From NCBI GenBank assembly GCA_946490195.1, contig CAMLWN010000002.1, forward strand, positions 1-54,648: a stretch of DNA of 54,648 nt, read 5' to 3'. This DNA comes from an uncultured Mycoplasmatota bacterium. Its GTDB lineage: Bacteria > Bacillota_I > Bacilli_A > RF39 > UBA660. Made by a program: the position numbers and the translations under genes. Numbering within the stretch: the first letter of the stretch is position 1; the number at the start of each line of letters is the position of its first letter. This document shows positions 26,933-37,145 of the stretch, one piece after another. The notes beneath the pieces are model-generated. The model made no database searches. It saw only the letters and a program-made list of their open reading frames with translations, and had not been told where the DNA came from.

Positions 26933-26963
26933 TTTATCCCTCGATTCTAAATAAAAGTATATC

Positions 26964-26990
26964 AAAAAAAAAGAAGTATTTCCATACTTC
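26964..26990 (-). terminator. Intrinsic terminator after rubrerythrin
   Basis: GAAGTAT-ttcc-ATACTTC followed by T9 on the minus strand. Confidence 0.6.
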
Positions 26991-27530
26991 CTAATAATTT
27001 TCTGCTTTAATTTCCATAAAACTTTGTGGATGTTTACAAATTGGGCAAACAGCAGGTGCAGTTTCTCCAACATGAATGTGTCCACAGTTGCGGCAAATCC
27101 AAATTTTTTCCTCGCCTCTTTGGAATACTAAATTATCTTCAATATTTCCAACAAGTTTTAAGTAACGTTCTTCATGAGATTTCTCGATTTTTGCAACACC
27201 TTCAAAAAGGAATGCAATATCATCAAAACCTTCTTCACGTGCAACTTCAGCAAAATTCTTATACATATCTGTCCACTCATAGTTTTCACCACTTGCAGCA
27301 TCTTTAAGATTTGTTAATGTATCAGGAATACTACCTCCATGTAAAGCTTTAAACCAAAGTTTAGCATGTTCCTTTTCATTATTAGCTGTTTCTTCAAAAA
27401 TAGCAGCCATTTGTTCATATCCATCTTTTTTAGCTTGAGATGCATAATATTTGTATTTTGTATGAGCTTGACTTTCACCTGCGAAAGCAGCCATTAAATT
27501 TGCTTCAGTTTTACTACCTTTTAATTCCAT
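26991..27530 (-). CDS. rbr: rubrerythrin
   Basis: N-terminal di-iron four-helix motifs ([17 protein letters not shown]) and a C-terminal rubredoxin-like CRNCG...CPICK. Confidence 0.92.
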   Translation of the reverse strand: MELKGSKTEANLMAAFAGESQAHTKYKYYASQAKKDGYEQMAAIFEETANNEKEHAKLWFKALHGGSIPDTLTNLKDAASGENYEWTDMYKNFAEVAREEGFDDIAFLFEGVAKIEKSHEERYLKLVGNIEDNLVFQRGEEKIWICRNCGHIHVGETAPAVCPICKHPQSFMEIKAENY

Positions 27531-27611
27531 AAATTTACCTCCTTACTACAAAAATATTATACTAAAATTTTTTTAAAAAGTAAAACAAAAAGCAAACATA
27601 CCGTTTACTTT

Positions 27612-27857
27612 TTATAACTGACTTTTTAATAATTTTGTAAGTTCAATAATGAGCTTAGAATCTTCTACTTTAGAAACATAAATATCTTCATTTTCTTTTT
27701 CTTCCTTAAAAATTGCTACTTTAGAAGAAAGAATTTCACGATTTGCATCTACACCCATTACTAAAAAATAATGATTATTTTCAAAAAATGTCTCATTTAA
27801 AACCATATACTGCTCATCATTAGAAAGTGTAATGATTGAATTAATTTGTATTTCCAT
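27612..27857 (-). CDS. small hypothetical protein, 81 aa (possibly DUF1292-like)
   Basis: The start was chosen at MEIQ (RBS AAGGTGA). Overlaps the end of the upstream coiled-coil gene. Confidence 0.45.
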   Translation of the reverse strand: MEIQINSIITLSNDEQYMVLNETFFENNHYFLVMGVDANREILSSKVAIFKEEKENEDIYVSKVEDSKLIIELTKLLKSQL

Positions 27858-29799
27858 TCTCATCACCTTCCAATAAGTTATTAAAACTTATATACTCATC
27901 ATCACTATTCTCTGTACCAGAATCTAACTTTTCCACATCTCGAGTATCTAAAGATAGAGGCTCAACTCGAATTACTTTTAGACGATTATCATTTTTTTCT
28001 TTTGGTTCTTCAGAAACCACTTTTAAATTTTCTTCGACATCCTCTATTACAGGAACCTCTTCTTCTTTTATAGGTTCAAAGATTATAGAATCATCATTTT
28101 TTTCTTCTATAATAGGTACCGAATCAGGTATTTCCTGAGGCTCTTCGACAAGGATAGGTTCTGGAATAGTAGTTTCTTCAACACTACTTTCAGGTACAGA
28201 ATCATCACTTGAAGAAAGATCGATTCGATAATCACTTAAATCCACAAAATCATCTGGCTTCAATAAAGAATCTTTAGATGTTTCCAAAGGTGTCATCGAA
28301 CCTAAAAGTAATTCAATTTCATCATAAATTTCATCAGGCATTTTATCAAATTCTTGACGATGAGCAATAGCTTGTACATCATCATTTAATTTCTTTAATT
28401 TTTCTTTATCTTTTTCAGCCGCCAAAATATCTTTTGAAGAATTCATCAAAACTTGATTCTTTTGAATATCTTTGATTTCACTTTCAATTTCTTCCATAGA
28501 TTCTGATAATTTTTGCAAAGTTTTTTCTTCTAAATTACGTGATGTAATAACTAAATCTTCTAAATCTTTTTCAAAAGCAAGCACCAATTGATTTACAAAA
28601 GCATATTCTTCTTCTTTCTTTTTTAAAGCAGCACGCAAACTCGCTTCTTTTTTTGGAGTTTTAAACTCTTGATGAGAAGAAATAACCTTCTTATATTCAA
28701 GAATATCTTCTTGTAAAGAATCTCGACAGGCTTTAGAATCACGAACATATTCCATAAGCTCTTTTACAGAAACAACATCGATATTTTTAATTTTTTCTTG
28801 CAAAGAATGAATTTCTTCTGAAAGCGATTTCTTGCGTTCTCTTAAAAAACTCAATCTTGTTTCCACTACCATCATTTCTTTATTAGAATAAATCTTATTT
28901 TCAAGTTGAGTAGCCAAACCATCACGTTCATTTATAGTTCTTTCAAGCAATTCTTCTAAATCAGCTTTATCATACTCCATAAATGGTTTAGTTTTAACAA
29001 TAGTCACTAATTCTCGTACTTTTTCTAAGGCTTCAGCTTCTTTTTCATCAACCATAAGCATAACCGCATCATGAGCAATAAAAGAAGGATCAGTTAAAAT
29101 TTCCAAACGACGACGTTCCATTTCTTCTAATTGAGAAGTTAATTGATCAATCAATTTCTCATCGTTTTGCTTAGCTTTTTGATCCACATAAGAATTTGGA
29201 CTAGCTAAAAATTGATTGATTTCTTTTAAACGTTCTTGTTCTTTTTGTAATTTTCCTTCTACATCTTCCCGACGATTACCAAGTTGATCCAATTTATCAC
29301 AGGCTTGTTCATACTTCGTTTGATAGTCACTTAAAAGAGAGTGATTCTTTTCTAAATCGTTCTTAGTTTTTTCAATTAACTCTTCATAAAATTGATAAAC
29401 ACTTTTATCTTTATTTCCAATAGTTTTTAACTTCAATTCTAACGATGAAAAGAAACTTTCTAATTGTTTTTTTTCTTCTTCTAAAGAAACAATGGAAGAA
29501 TGAATAGACGTTTCATCTTGTGAAACCCCTTTCAATTGAGAAAGTAAATCATCTAAACTATCCTGATAATACTGAATTTTATTTTCAATACCAATCTTAA
29601 TATTTTCATCAATAATTCGATCGCTTGCTTTAATATATGTATTTTCAGAAATACTTTTCTTCAAATTACGAACTTGATTTTTTTGATTCTCAATCTGTTT
29701 TTCAAGTTGAGACAATTCTTCTTGTAAAGGTTCATAACTATTAGTTGTTCCTGACATTTTCACTAATAAATCAATTTTTTCAATCACATCTTTTTGCAT
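27841..29799 (-). CDS. large coiled-coil protein with an acidic, Pro/Glu-rich C-terminal tail, 652 aa
   Basis: The heptad-like charged sequence runs for ~520 aa. The tail is rich in E, D, P and S. No recognisable enzymatic motif. Confidence 0.6.
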   Translation of the reverse strand: MQKDVIEKIDLLVKMSGTTNSYEPLQEELSQLEKQIENQKNQVRNLKKSISENTYIKASDRIIDENIKIGIENKIQYYQDSLDDLLSQLKGVSQDETSIHSSIVSLEEEKKQLESFFSSLELKLKTIGNKDKSVYQFYEELIEKTKNDLEKNHSLLSDYQTKYEQACDKLDQLGNRREDVEGKLQKEQERLKEINQFLASPNSYVDQKAKQNDEKLIDQLTSQLEEMERRRLEILTDPSFIAHDAVMLMVDEKEAEALEKVRELVTIVKTKPFMEYDKADLEELLERTINERDGLATQLENKIYSNKEMMVVETRLSFLRERKKSLSEEIHSLQEKIKNIDVVSVKELMEYVRDSKACRDSLQEDILEYKKVISSHQEFKTPKKEASLRAALKKKEEEYAFVNQLVLAFEKDLEDLVITSRNLEEKTLQKLSESMEEIESEIKDIQKNQVLMNSSKDILAAEKDKEKLKKLNDDVQAIAHRQEFDKMPDEIYDEIELLLGSMTPLETSKDSLLKPDDFVDLSDYRIDLSSSDDSVPESSVEETTIPEPILVEEPQEIPDSVPIIEEKNDDSIIFEPIKEEEVPVIEDVEENLKVVSEEPKEKNDNRLKVIRVEPLSLDTRDVEKLDSGTENSDDEYISFNNLLEGDENGNTN

Positions 29800-29874
29800 A
29801 AAAGATCAACCTCTCTTTTATTCTTTCATTCTTACTATCTTATCATACCAAAATCTTCATCTAAAGTAAATGAA

Positions 29875-29910
29875 AAAAAAGAAAAAAATACCCAAAACAT
29901 ATAGGTATTT
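29875..29910 (-). terminator. Intrinsic terminator after cysS
   Basis: AAATACC/GGTATTT stem followed by a long T-run on the minus strand. Confidence 0.5.
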
Positions 29911-31299
29911 TTATTGAAAAGTGTATGTAGTACCTTCTCGAGTATCTTTTAAAATAACATTTTTTCTTAATAATTCTTCACGTATTTCATCAGCCAATTG
30001 ATAATCTTTATTTTTCTTAGCTTCTGCTCGTTCTTCAATTTTCTGTAAAATATATTTTTCAAACTCAGAATCAACATTTTTTGAAACAGTTAAATCTAAA
30101 GAAAATACTTGATCCCAGCTTTCTATAAGAGCATATTTAGTCGCATCATTTGTAGGACTTTTTAATACATCATACACTAAAGTTAAAGCATTCGCAATAT
30201 TCAAATCATCTCCAAGATATTCCTTGAATTTTTGATCATATTCTTCAAAAACTTGTTTTTCTACATCTCCAGTTTTTTCTAAACTTTGAACTCGAGATTT
30301 TAATTTTTGATAACTTTGCATTGCATTATCTAAAATTTCAAAACTAAAAGTTAATTGCTTACGATAATGACTAGTTAAACATAAATAACGATACGCTAAT
30401 GGATCATATCCTTTTTCTTCAAGTAAAGAAACGGTCAAAAATCCTCCCTTACTTTTACTCATTTTGCCACTGGTATCATTTAAATGTTCACCATGCATCC
30501 AATACTTACACCATTTATGTCCTAAATATCCTTCACTCTGAGCAATTTCATTCGTATGATGAGGAAATATGTTATCCACTCCACCACAGTGAATATCTAA
30601 ATATTCTCCCAAATTAGAAATCGCGATACCCGAACACTCAATATGCCATCCTGGATATCCAACACCCCAAGGGCTTTCCCACTTAAGCTCTTGACTATCA
30701 AACTTAGATTTTGTAAACCATAAAACAAAGTCAGCTTGATTTCTTTTGTTGTTATCTTCTTCTACTCCTTCACGAACCCCAACAACCATTTCATCGGGTC
30801 TATGATTAGTAAGTTGATAATAGTCATCTAATTTTGAAGTATCAAAATACACATTTCCGCCACTTATATAAGCCAAATCTTTTTCTAATAATCTCTCAAT
30901 AATTTTAAAATACATAGGAATATTCTCAGTTGCAGGCGATACAATCTCAGGCCATTTTATATGTAATTTTTCTGTATCTTTTTGAAAAGCATCCGTATAA
31001 AATTGGGCAATTTCTAAAACAGTTTTATTTTCTTTTTTAGCTCCTTTAACCATTTTATCTTCACCAGAATCCGAATCACTAGTCAAATGCCCGACATCCG
31101 TAATATTCATACATCGTAGGACCTCATATCCTAAATATCTTAAAGTTTTTTCTAAGATATCTTCAAATATATACGTGCGAAGATTCCCAATATGTGCATA
31201 ATTATACACAGTAGGTCCACAAGTATACATTTTTACTTTACCTTCTTCATAAGGAATAAATTCTTCCACTTGATGGGATAAAGTATTATAAATTTTCAT
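29911..31299 (-). CDS. cysS: cysteine--tRNA ligase
   Basis: HIGN (HIGH) and KMSKS motifs. The start was moved to MKIYNTLSHQ (RBS GAAAGGA, with a TGGTATAAT promoter just upstream). Confidence 0.93.
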   Translation of the reverse strand: MKIYNTLSHQVEEFIPYEEGKVKMYTCGPTVYNYAHIGNLRTYIFEDILEKTLRYLGYEVLRCMNITDVGHLTSDSDSGEDKMVKGAKKENKTVLEIAQFYTDAFQKDTEKLHIKWPEIVSPATENIPMYFKIIERLLEKDLAYISGGNVYFDTSKLDDYYQLTNHRPDEMVVGVREGVEEDNNKRNQADFVLWFTKSKFDSQELKWESPWGVGYPGWHIECSGIAISNLGEYLDIHCGGVDNIFPHHTNEIAQSEGYLGHKWCKYWMHGEHLNDTSGKMSKSKGGFLTVSLLEEKGYDPLAYRYLCLTSHYRKQLTFSFEILDNAMQSYQKLKSRVQSLEKTGDVEKQVFEEYDQKFKEYLGDDLNIANALTLVYDVLKSPTNDATKYALIESWDQVFSLDLTVSKNVDSEFEKYILQKIEERAEAKKNKDYQLADEIREELLRKNVILKDTREGTTYTFQ

Positions 31300-31342
31300 G
31301 TTACTCAGTCCTTTCAATCTGATTATACCATACTTTATGACA

Positions 31343-31380
31343 AACAAAAAGGATAGTTTCTCTCTAACGAGTCTATCCTT
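31343..31380 (-). terminator. Terminator-like hairpin upstream of the cysS promoter
   Basis: AAGGATAG/CTATCCTT stem with a 16-nt loop, followed by TTTTTG on the minus strand. Confidence 0.4.
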
Positions 31381-31520
31381 CAAAATATTTCAATGCTTTG
31401 ACCAAAGAAATACAAAATTTTGTAATATAACAATTCACTTGTGTACACAAAAGCATTATATATTACGAAAACATCGTACCACAATTTTATAAAAAATTCA
31501 ATAACTCACACCTAAACGCA

Positions 31521-31808
31521 TTATAAATATTCAACAATAGCTACATTCTTAGCTAGTTTTTCAACTAAATCATCACGATCATATTTATTAAAAATATTAA
31601 CAAAATTACTATGATCTAACAAAAACAATTCATAATAATTTTGAAAAATTTCTTTAAAATTTGTAACTCCTAATTCTAACAAATAATTTCCATTAGCTAA
31701 AACTAGTTTTCTAGCATCTTCTAAAGTACGTAGCATAACATCAGCTGTATTATTTTCAAAAGCATTTATTTCATCCTTTGTAAAATTAAATTTTTCTAAA
31801 AATTTCAT
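31521..31808 (-). CDS. hypothetical protein, 95 aa
   Basis: RBS GGGAGG. The start is 1 nt after the upstream stop (operon). Confidence 0.6.
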   Translation of the reverse strand: MKFLEKFNFTKDEINAFENNTADVMLRTLEDARKLVLANGNYLLELGVTNFKEIFQNYYELFLLDHSNFVNIFNKYDRDDLVEKLAKNVAIVEYL

Positions 31809-31809
31809 C

Positions 31810-32109
31810 TTAACGACCTCCCTGATTCTTTATAAAATGAACTACTCTTTTATATAAAACATCAGGATTTCTTAATTCTTCCATATTTTCATGATTTTCT
31901 TCACAAGAATTCCAGAAAGAACTTAAAGAATCAGCCACTTGAAACAAACGAGCTGTAGCAAGAAAGTTAGAAGTATCTATTCCCTTTTCATTGCAAAAAT
32001 TTAATACATCAAATGCCCCACCAGATAAAGATGCATCAATAGTTGCCAAAGAAACTTGAGTTGGTGTACATTGTTCATTACTTCTAATTAATCGAATTGC
32101 ATTTTCCAT
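31810..32109 (-). CDS. hypothetical protein, 99 aa
   Basis: RBS AAAGGAGGAAAG. In an operon with its neighbours. Confidence 0.6.
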   Translation of the reverse strand: MENAIRLIRSNEQCTPTQVSLATIDASLSGGAFDVLNFCNEKGIDTSNFLATARLFQVADSLSSFWNSCEENHENMEELRNPDVLYKRVVHFIKNQGGR

Positions 32110-32123
32110 AAATCTTTCCTCCT

Positions 32124-33263
32124 TTAATAAGCCATCAATGGAATTTCTTTCGGATCCATTCCATTAGCTGCGATTACAGACACAACTCGTTCCAATTGAT
32201 CACATGTATATTTTACTAAAACATTTGGATTCAAATAAATATCCATCGCTTCTTTACCAACATTAAGTAATAATTCTACTTTTCTTCTTAACTCTTTATC
32301 ATACATCATAGAAATATGATGAATAAATACATCTAAAGCAATATTTTTTGAATTCATAAGTTCAATATTATCACGAACAACTTGTTCATCAAAATGCGCA
32401 AGTAAATCATCCATTTCTTCACTTGTAAAATCTAAATAATCAATTCCACAATCTTTTAATGTTTCAATAACTTGACTTTTACGTTCATCTTCCTCAGTTA
32501 CTTCAGATACTTCATCAGTTACTTGAGGTTCTGCCACATAATTATCATTTTGAATATCTGGTGTATTTGTTACTTCAGGACTCATAGATTTAGCTTCATG
32601 AATAACCTCAGAAATAGATTTTCCAGCTTTATCTTTTGCTTTAACCTTTGAATCATATGCAAATAAAGCATCTTCTGGGAACATCAAAATTTTTGCAGTT
32701 TCTCTTTGCTCAGCTTCATTAAATCCAAATTCTTCCAATAAAGAAGTAATAGAATCACGCGTGATATTAATATGTCCTTCTAAAGCAAGCTCAAAATATT
32801 CATTCAATTTTTCTTGATTAGCAAGCGCAGCATCTTTACGAATACCAAGTTCTTCAATAGTTGTGATTGCTGTATTCATTTCTTCCTCAACTTTAACTAA
32901 TTCATCTTCAGCTTTCTTTGTATCGCGCTCAACATTATCTATAGTTCTAGGAAGATTCTTGTCTAATTTTTCTAAAAGATTTTTTGGATCAAAATCAATA
33001 CGTAAACGATCTAAAACAGTAGCGTAGTCTTCACGATGAATTCCTTGCAAAACTTCTTTAAATTTCTCGCCTTGATCTTCTAACTCTTCTCTTTGTTTTT
33101 TTAAACTTTCTATATCTTTTTGAAGTTTTGCTTTCTCTTCTGTTGTTCTATCTCTTGTTTGCTCGGCTTTATTTTTTTGACGATCCATTTCTTTTAAAAT
33201 GTCACTATCAGAACCACGCAAATTATATAATTTATCTAATAGAACTTCTGTATTTACTGTCAT
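32124..33263 (-). CDS. coiled-coil protein, 379 aa
   Basis: RBS AGGGAG. The N-terminal ~200 aa look like charged coiled coil and the C-terminal part is a helical repeat-like region. Confidence 0.6.
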   Translation of the reverse strand: MTVNTEVLLDKLYNLRGSDSDILKEMDRQKNKAEQTRDRTTEEKAKLQKDIESLKKQREELEDQGEKFKEVLQGIHREDYATVLDRLRIDFDPKNLLEKLDKNLPRTIDNVERDTKKAEDELVKVEEEMNTAITTIEELGIRKDAALANQEKLNEYFELALEGHINITRDSITSLLEEFGFNEAEQRETAKILMFPEDALFAYDSKVKAKDKAGKSISEVIHEAKSMSPEVTNTPDIQNDNYVAEPQVTDEVSEVTEEDERKSQVIETLKDCGIDYLDFTSEEMDDLLAHFDEQVVRDNIELMNSKNIALDVFIHHISMMYDKELRRKVELLLNVGKEAMDIYLNPNVLVKYTCDQLERVVSVIAANGMDPKEIPLMAY

Positions 33264-33514
33264 GACTGAGTCACACTCCCTTTATTCTGAAAATATTATA
33301 GCAAAATAAACTTTTTTTGTAAACAACTTTTTACAAAAAAGGACTTGACAAATTTTAGTCGATAAATAAAAGAAAAATTGAAAAACTAGACAACATAACC
33401 CAAAAAAAGAATGTCTAAAAATGTAAAGAAAAATGCGTTTTACACTACTTTTGTCATGAACATCAAAAGACAAATTACATAAAATACCATGGAAACAAAA
33501 AGGAGGAATTTGTT

Positions 33515-34504
33515 TTGAAAAAGAAAATTATTGCAATAATCATCGGGGTAATTTTAATTGCCGGAATGATTACTATTTATGTACTATTTAAACCAAAAGA
33601 TGAAACCACAAATTTAACAAAAATCAACTTAGCTGAAGTAACTCACAGTGCTTTCTATGCCCCACTTTATGTTGCTATAGAAGAGGGATATTTAGAAGAA
33701 GAAGGAATCGAAGTTGAACTAATATTAACACCAGGTGCAGATAAAGTAGCCGCAGCTGTTTTATCTGGAGACGTGAAAATTGGTTTTGCCGGAACAGAAA
33801 GTGCAATTTACGTTTATGATGGAGGAGAAGAAGATTATTTAGTAACATTTGCTGGTCTTACAAAAAGAGATGGGCAATTTATTATTGGAAAAGAAAAAGA
33901 TTTTGATTGGAGTAGCCTTGAAGGAAAAGAAGTCTTGGTAGGAAGAAAAGGCGGAATGCCAGCCCTAAATTTCTTGAATGCATTAAAAAACGCTGGAATT
34001 GATGCCTCAAAAGTAAATATTAACTACTCAATTGACTTTGCTTCATTATCTGGAGCATACATCGGTGGAACAGGAGACTTTGTAAACCTATTTGAACCAA
34101 ACGCAACACTTCTTGAAAAAGAAGAATATGGTTACGTAGTTGCATCAATTGGAGAACTATCAGGAGAAATGCCTTATACAGCATTCTATGCAAGAAAAAG
34201 TTACTTAAATGAAAACAAAGAAACATTAATAAAATTTAATAACGCAATAAATAAAGGATTAGAATTTGTCAAAAACAATGATGCTCGTACCATTGCCGAA
34301 AAAATACTACCACAATTTCCTGATACAAGCTTAGATGATTTAGAAAAAATTGTTCAAAGATACAAAGATAGTGACTCTTGGTTAGAAACAACATATATTC
34401 CAGAAAAATATTTTACAAACTTAGAAGATTTAATGATTGAAAATGATTTATTAGAAGAGTATGTACCATATACTGATTTAATACAAAACTTAAACAATGA
34501 ATAA
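33515..34504 (+). CDS. ABC transporter substrate-binding protein, NMT1/THI5-like (NitT/TauT family)
   Basis: TTG start 8 nt after AGGAGG. N-terminal membrane anchor. The HSAFYAPLYVAIEEGY region is typical of the family. Confidence 0.8.
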   Translation: MKKKIIAIIIGVILIAGMITIYVLFKPKDETTNLTKINLAEVTHSAFYAPLYVAIEEGYLEEEGIEVELILTPGADKVAAAVLSGDVKIGFAGTESAIYVYDGGEEDYLVTFAGLTKRDGQFIIGKEKDFDWSSLEGKEVLVGRKGGMPALNFLNALKNAGIDASKVNINYSIDFASLSGAYIGGTGDFVNLFEPNATLLEKEEYGYVVASIGELSGEMPYTAFYARKSYLNENKETLIKFNNAINKGLEFVKNNDARTIAEKILPQFPDTSLDDLEKIVQRYKDSDSWLETTYIPEKYFTNLEDLMIENDLLEEYVPYTDLIQNLNNE

Positions 34505-35246
34505 TTTATTAGAAATTAATCAAATCAAAAAAAATTACATAACGGATAGAGAAGAAATAAAAGCCATAGAAGATATTACTTTACAAATTCACAAAGGAGA
34601 AATCGTAACTTTAATTGGTTCAAGCGGATGTGGAAAATCTTCGTTATTAAGCATTCTAGCTGGAATTGATAAAGAAACAGACGGTTTTTTCTTTTTTCAT
34701 AAAGAGAATCCTGTAATTGGCTATATGTTACAAAACGATGCCCTATTTCCTTGGTTAACAATTTATCAAAATGCCCTCTTGGGTTTAAAAATTCAAAAGA
34801 AAAAAACAAAAGAAAGCGAAAATTATGTTAAAGACTTATTTAAAAAATACAAATTAGAAGAATTTATGAACAAATACCCTCATGAATTATCAGGAGGAAT
34901 GAAACAACGGGTGGCTTTAATTAGAACTCTCGCAATTAAACCAGATATATTGTTATTAGATGAACCTTTTAGTGCACTAGACTATCAATCAAGATTAGCT
35001 GTAAGTGATGATGTTTTTAATATAATAAAAAAAGAAAACATCACTACAATTATGGTTTCACATGATATTGCTGAAGCAATATCCATGTCAGATCGAATTG
35101 TCGTTTTATCAAAAAGACCCTGCTATGTAAAAAATATATACGATATAGTTTTAACCAACAAAAAAAATCCAATTGAAAATAGAAAAGCCAAAGAATTTTC
35201 GGATTACTATAATAAAATATGGAAGGATTTAGATATCAATGTCTGA
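34497..35246 (+). CDS. ABC transporter ATP-binding protein (NitT/TauT family)
   Basis: Walker A GSSGCGKSS, signature LSGGMKQR, Walker B LLLDEPFSALD. Confidence 0.9.
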   Translation: MNNLLEINQIKKNYITDREEIKAIEDITLQIHKGEIVTLIGSSGCGKSSLLSILAGIDKETDGFFFFHKENPVIGYMLQNDALFPWLTIYQNALLGLKIQKKKTKESENYVKDLFKKYKLEEFMNKYPHELSGGMKQRVALIRTLAIKPDILLLDEPFSALDYQSRLAVSDDVFNIIKKENITTIMVSHDIAEAISMSDRIVVLSKRPCYVKNIYDIVLTNKKNPIENRKAKEFSDYYNKIWKDLDINV

Positions 35247-36021
35247 AGAAACAAAAAAAATCATAAAAAAGAAAAAAAGAAAAAAACTTTTTATTATCTT
35301 AATTCAAATCTTAATCGTAATTACTTTTTTTGTTGGATGGGAAATTCTTGCTAATAACAAAATACTAAATCCATTTATCTTTTCAAGTCCAAGCCGTATA
35401 TTTAACACTATATATGAACTTATCATAAGTGGTGAACTATGGAGTCATATTTTTACAACTCTTTATGAAACAATATTAGCGTTTACAATAGGCATATCTC
35501 TAGGATTTATAATCGCGATTATTCTATATGAATGTCCAACACTAGCTAAAATTATTGATCCATTTTTAACAATGATTAACAGTTTACCAAAAGTAGCCTT
35601 AGGTCCAATCATCATCATTTGGGCTGGAGCAAACACAAAATCAATAATTGTCATGGCTTTATTAATCAATTTAATTGTTAGTATTATGAACATCTATAAT
35701 GGGTTCCAAGGAGTAGATCCATTAAAAATTAAACTATTAAAATCTTTTGGAGCTACCAAAGGACAAATTTTAAAATATTTAATTATTCCAGAATCAAAAA
35801 GAACAATTATTTCTTCTTTAAAAATTAACATTTCCATGACCTTAATTGGTGTAATCATGGGCGAATTCTTAGTAAGTAAAAAAGGAATAGGATATTTAAT
35901 CATATATGGAACACAAGTATTTAATCTAACCTTAGTCATGGCTGGAATTATTGTTTTAATTATACTATCTTTTATCATCTATGAAATTGTATCTTTCATT
36001 GAAAAAAAATTATCCACTTAA
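35239..36021 (+). CDS. ABC transporter permease (NitT/TauT family)
   Basis: Six-TM BPD-type permease, coupled to the ATPase gene. Confidence 0.85.
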   Translation: MSEETKKIIKKKKRKKLFIILIQILIVITFFVGWEILANNKILNPFIFSSPSRIFNTIYELIISGELWSHIFTTLYETILAFTIGISLGFIIAIILYECPTLAKIIDPFLTMINSLPKVALGPIIIIWAGANTKSIIVMALLINLIVSIMNIYNGFQGVDPLKIKLLKSFGATKGQILKYLIIPESKRTIISSLKINISMTLIGVIMGEFLVSKKGIGYLIIYGTQVFNLTLVMAGIIVLIILSFIIYEIVSFIEKKLST

Positions 36022-36046
36022 CAGGATAATTTTTTTTTATAGTAAA

Positions 36047-37063
36047 TCATTTGCTTTCAAAATAATCAATTTGCATAGCTTCTTTTACATCATGCATTGT
36101 TTCAATAGCTATTTTTCGTGCATCTTTAGTTCCATTTTTTAAAATATCTAAAACTTCCTCAGGATGATCACGATAATATTGCTTCTTCTCACGAATTTCT
36201 TTTAAAAATTCATTCATTTTAACAATTAATTCTTTTTTACACTGTACACATCCACGTGCACCTTTTTTACATTCTTCACAAACTGTATTTAAATTTTCTT
36301 GATTTACTAATTTGTGATAATAATATACCATACATACATCTGGATTAGCCGGATCATCTTTTTTTATTTTTTTTGTATCTGTCACTGCACCCATAACTTT
36401 TTTAGTAATAGTGTCTTCATCATCTACTAAAAAAATAGCATTTCCTAAACTTTTTCCCATTTTTTCATTACCATCTAATCCCTTAATTCTAGGAGTTTTA
36501 GAAAGATAAGGCTCAGGTTCTTTTAAAATATTCCCATAAATCGAATTAAACTTACGAACAATTTCACGACATTGTTCAATTAAAGGAAGTTGATCTTCTC
36601 CAACAGGAACTAACTCACCTTTAAAAGCTGTAATATCTGCCGCTTGACTTACAGGATAACCTACAAACCCATAAGTAACAATTTCCCCATCATTACCAAA
36701 CAAAGCCTTTTTTTGAGCAATTTCTGTCTTAACAGTAGGATTACGATACAATCTTGCCATGGTTACTAAATTTGAATAAAAAACAGTTAACTCAGCAATC
36801 TCAGGAATCTGTGATTGAATAAAAATATGCACTTTTTTTGGATCAATTCCAATAGATAATAAATCACTTGCTAATTCAAAAACATTTAAGTGAACTTTAC
36901 TAGGGTTATGAAAATTATCAGTTAAAGCTTGAACATCAGCAATTTCTAAATAAAAATCATATTTATCTTGCAATTCCAACCAAGTTTTCCCGGCTCCAAA
37001 TAAATGACCAAAATGCAAATTTCCAGTAGGACGTATGCCAGTTAAAATTGTCCTTTTTTCCAT
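36047..37063 (-). CDS. trpS: tryptophan--tRNA ligase
   Basis: GIRPTGNLHFGH (HIGH-type) and KMGKS (KMSKS-type) motifs. The start is at MEKRT. Promoter TTGCAG-17-TATACT is upstream, with no T-box. Confidence 0.92.
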   Translation of the reverse strand: MEKRTILTGIRPTGNLHFGHLFGAGKTWLELQDKYDFYLEIADVQALTDNFHNPSKVHLNVFELASDLLSIGIDPKKVHIFIQSQIPEIAELTVFYSNLVTMARLYRNPTVKTEIAQKKALFGNDGEIVTYGFVGYPVSQAADITAFKGELVPVGEDQLPLIEQCREIVRKFNSIYGNILKEPEPYLSKTPRIKGLDGNEKMGKSLGNAIFLVDDEDTITKKVMGAVTDTKKIKKDDPANPDVCMVYYYHKLVNQENLNTVCEECKKGARGCVQCKKELIVKMNEFLKEIREKKQYYRDHPEEVLDILKNGTKDARKIAIETMHDVKEAMQIDYFESK

Positions 37064-37145
37064 AAAAATCACTTTCTTTCATCTATTAAAGTATAGCAAA
37101 AGAAAGAAAAAACTGCAATTATAAATAAAAATTAAAAATATTCTC

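Noticed and set aside
31482-31497. T-box-like sequence AAATTGTGGTACGATG (minus strand) upstream of cysS.
   Set aside because: It lies immediately after the stop of the preceding gene, so there is no room for Stem I or a specifier. No antiterminator/terminator pair follows it, and the cysS promoter (TGGTATAAT) is ~150 nt further downstream. At most it is a degenerate remnant.
33282-33473. 63-aa minus-strand ORF, and a 23-codon plus-strand ORF, in the divergent intergenic region upstream of the ABC importer.
   Set aside because: No RBS, and the products are low-complexity. The region is more simply explained as promoter DNA for the two divergent operons.
33264-33514. TPP (THI-box) or other riboswitch upstream of the NMT1/THI5-like ABC importer.
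   Set aside because: I looked for the conserved CTGAGA and ACCTGATCTGGATAATGCCAGCG-type elements and for any terminator/antiterminator pair, and found none. The region is AT-rich with only a weak AT-only hairpin.
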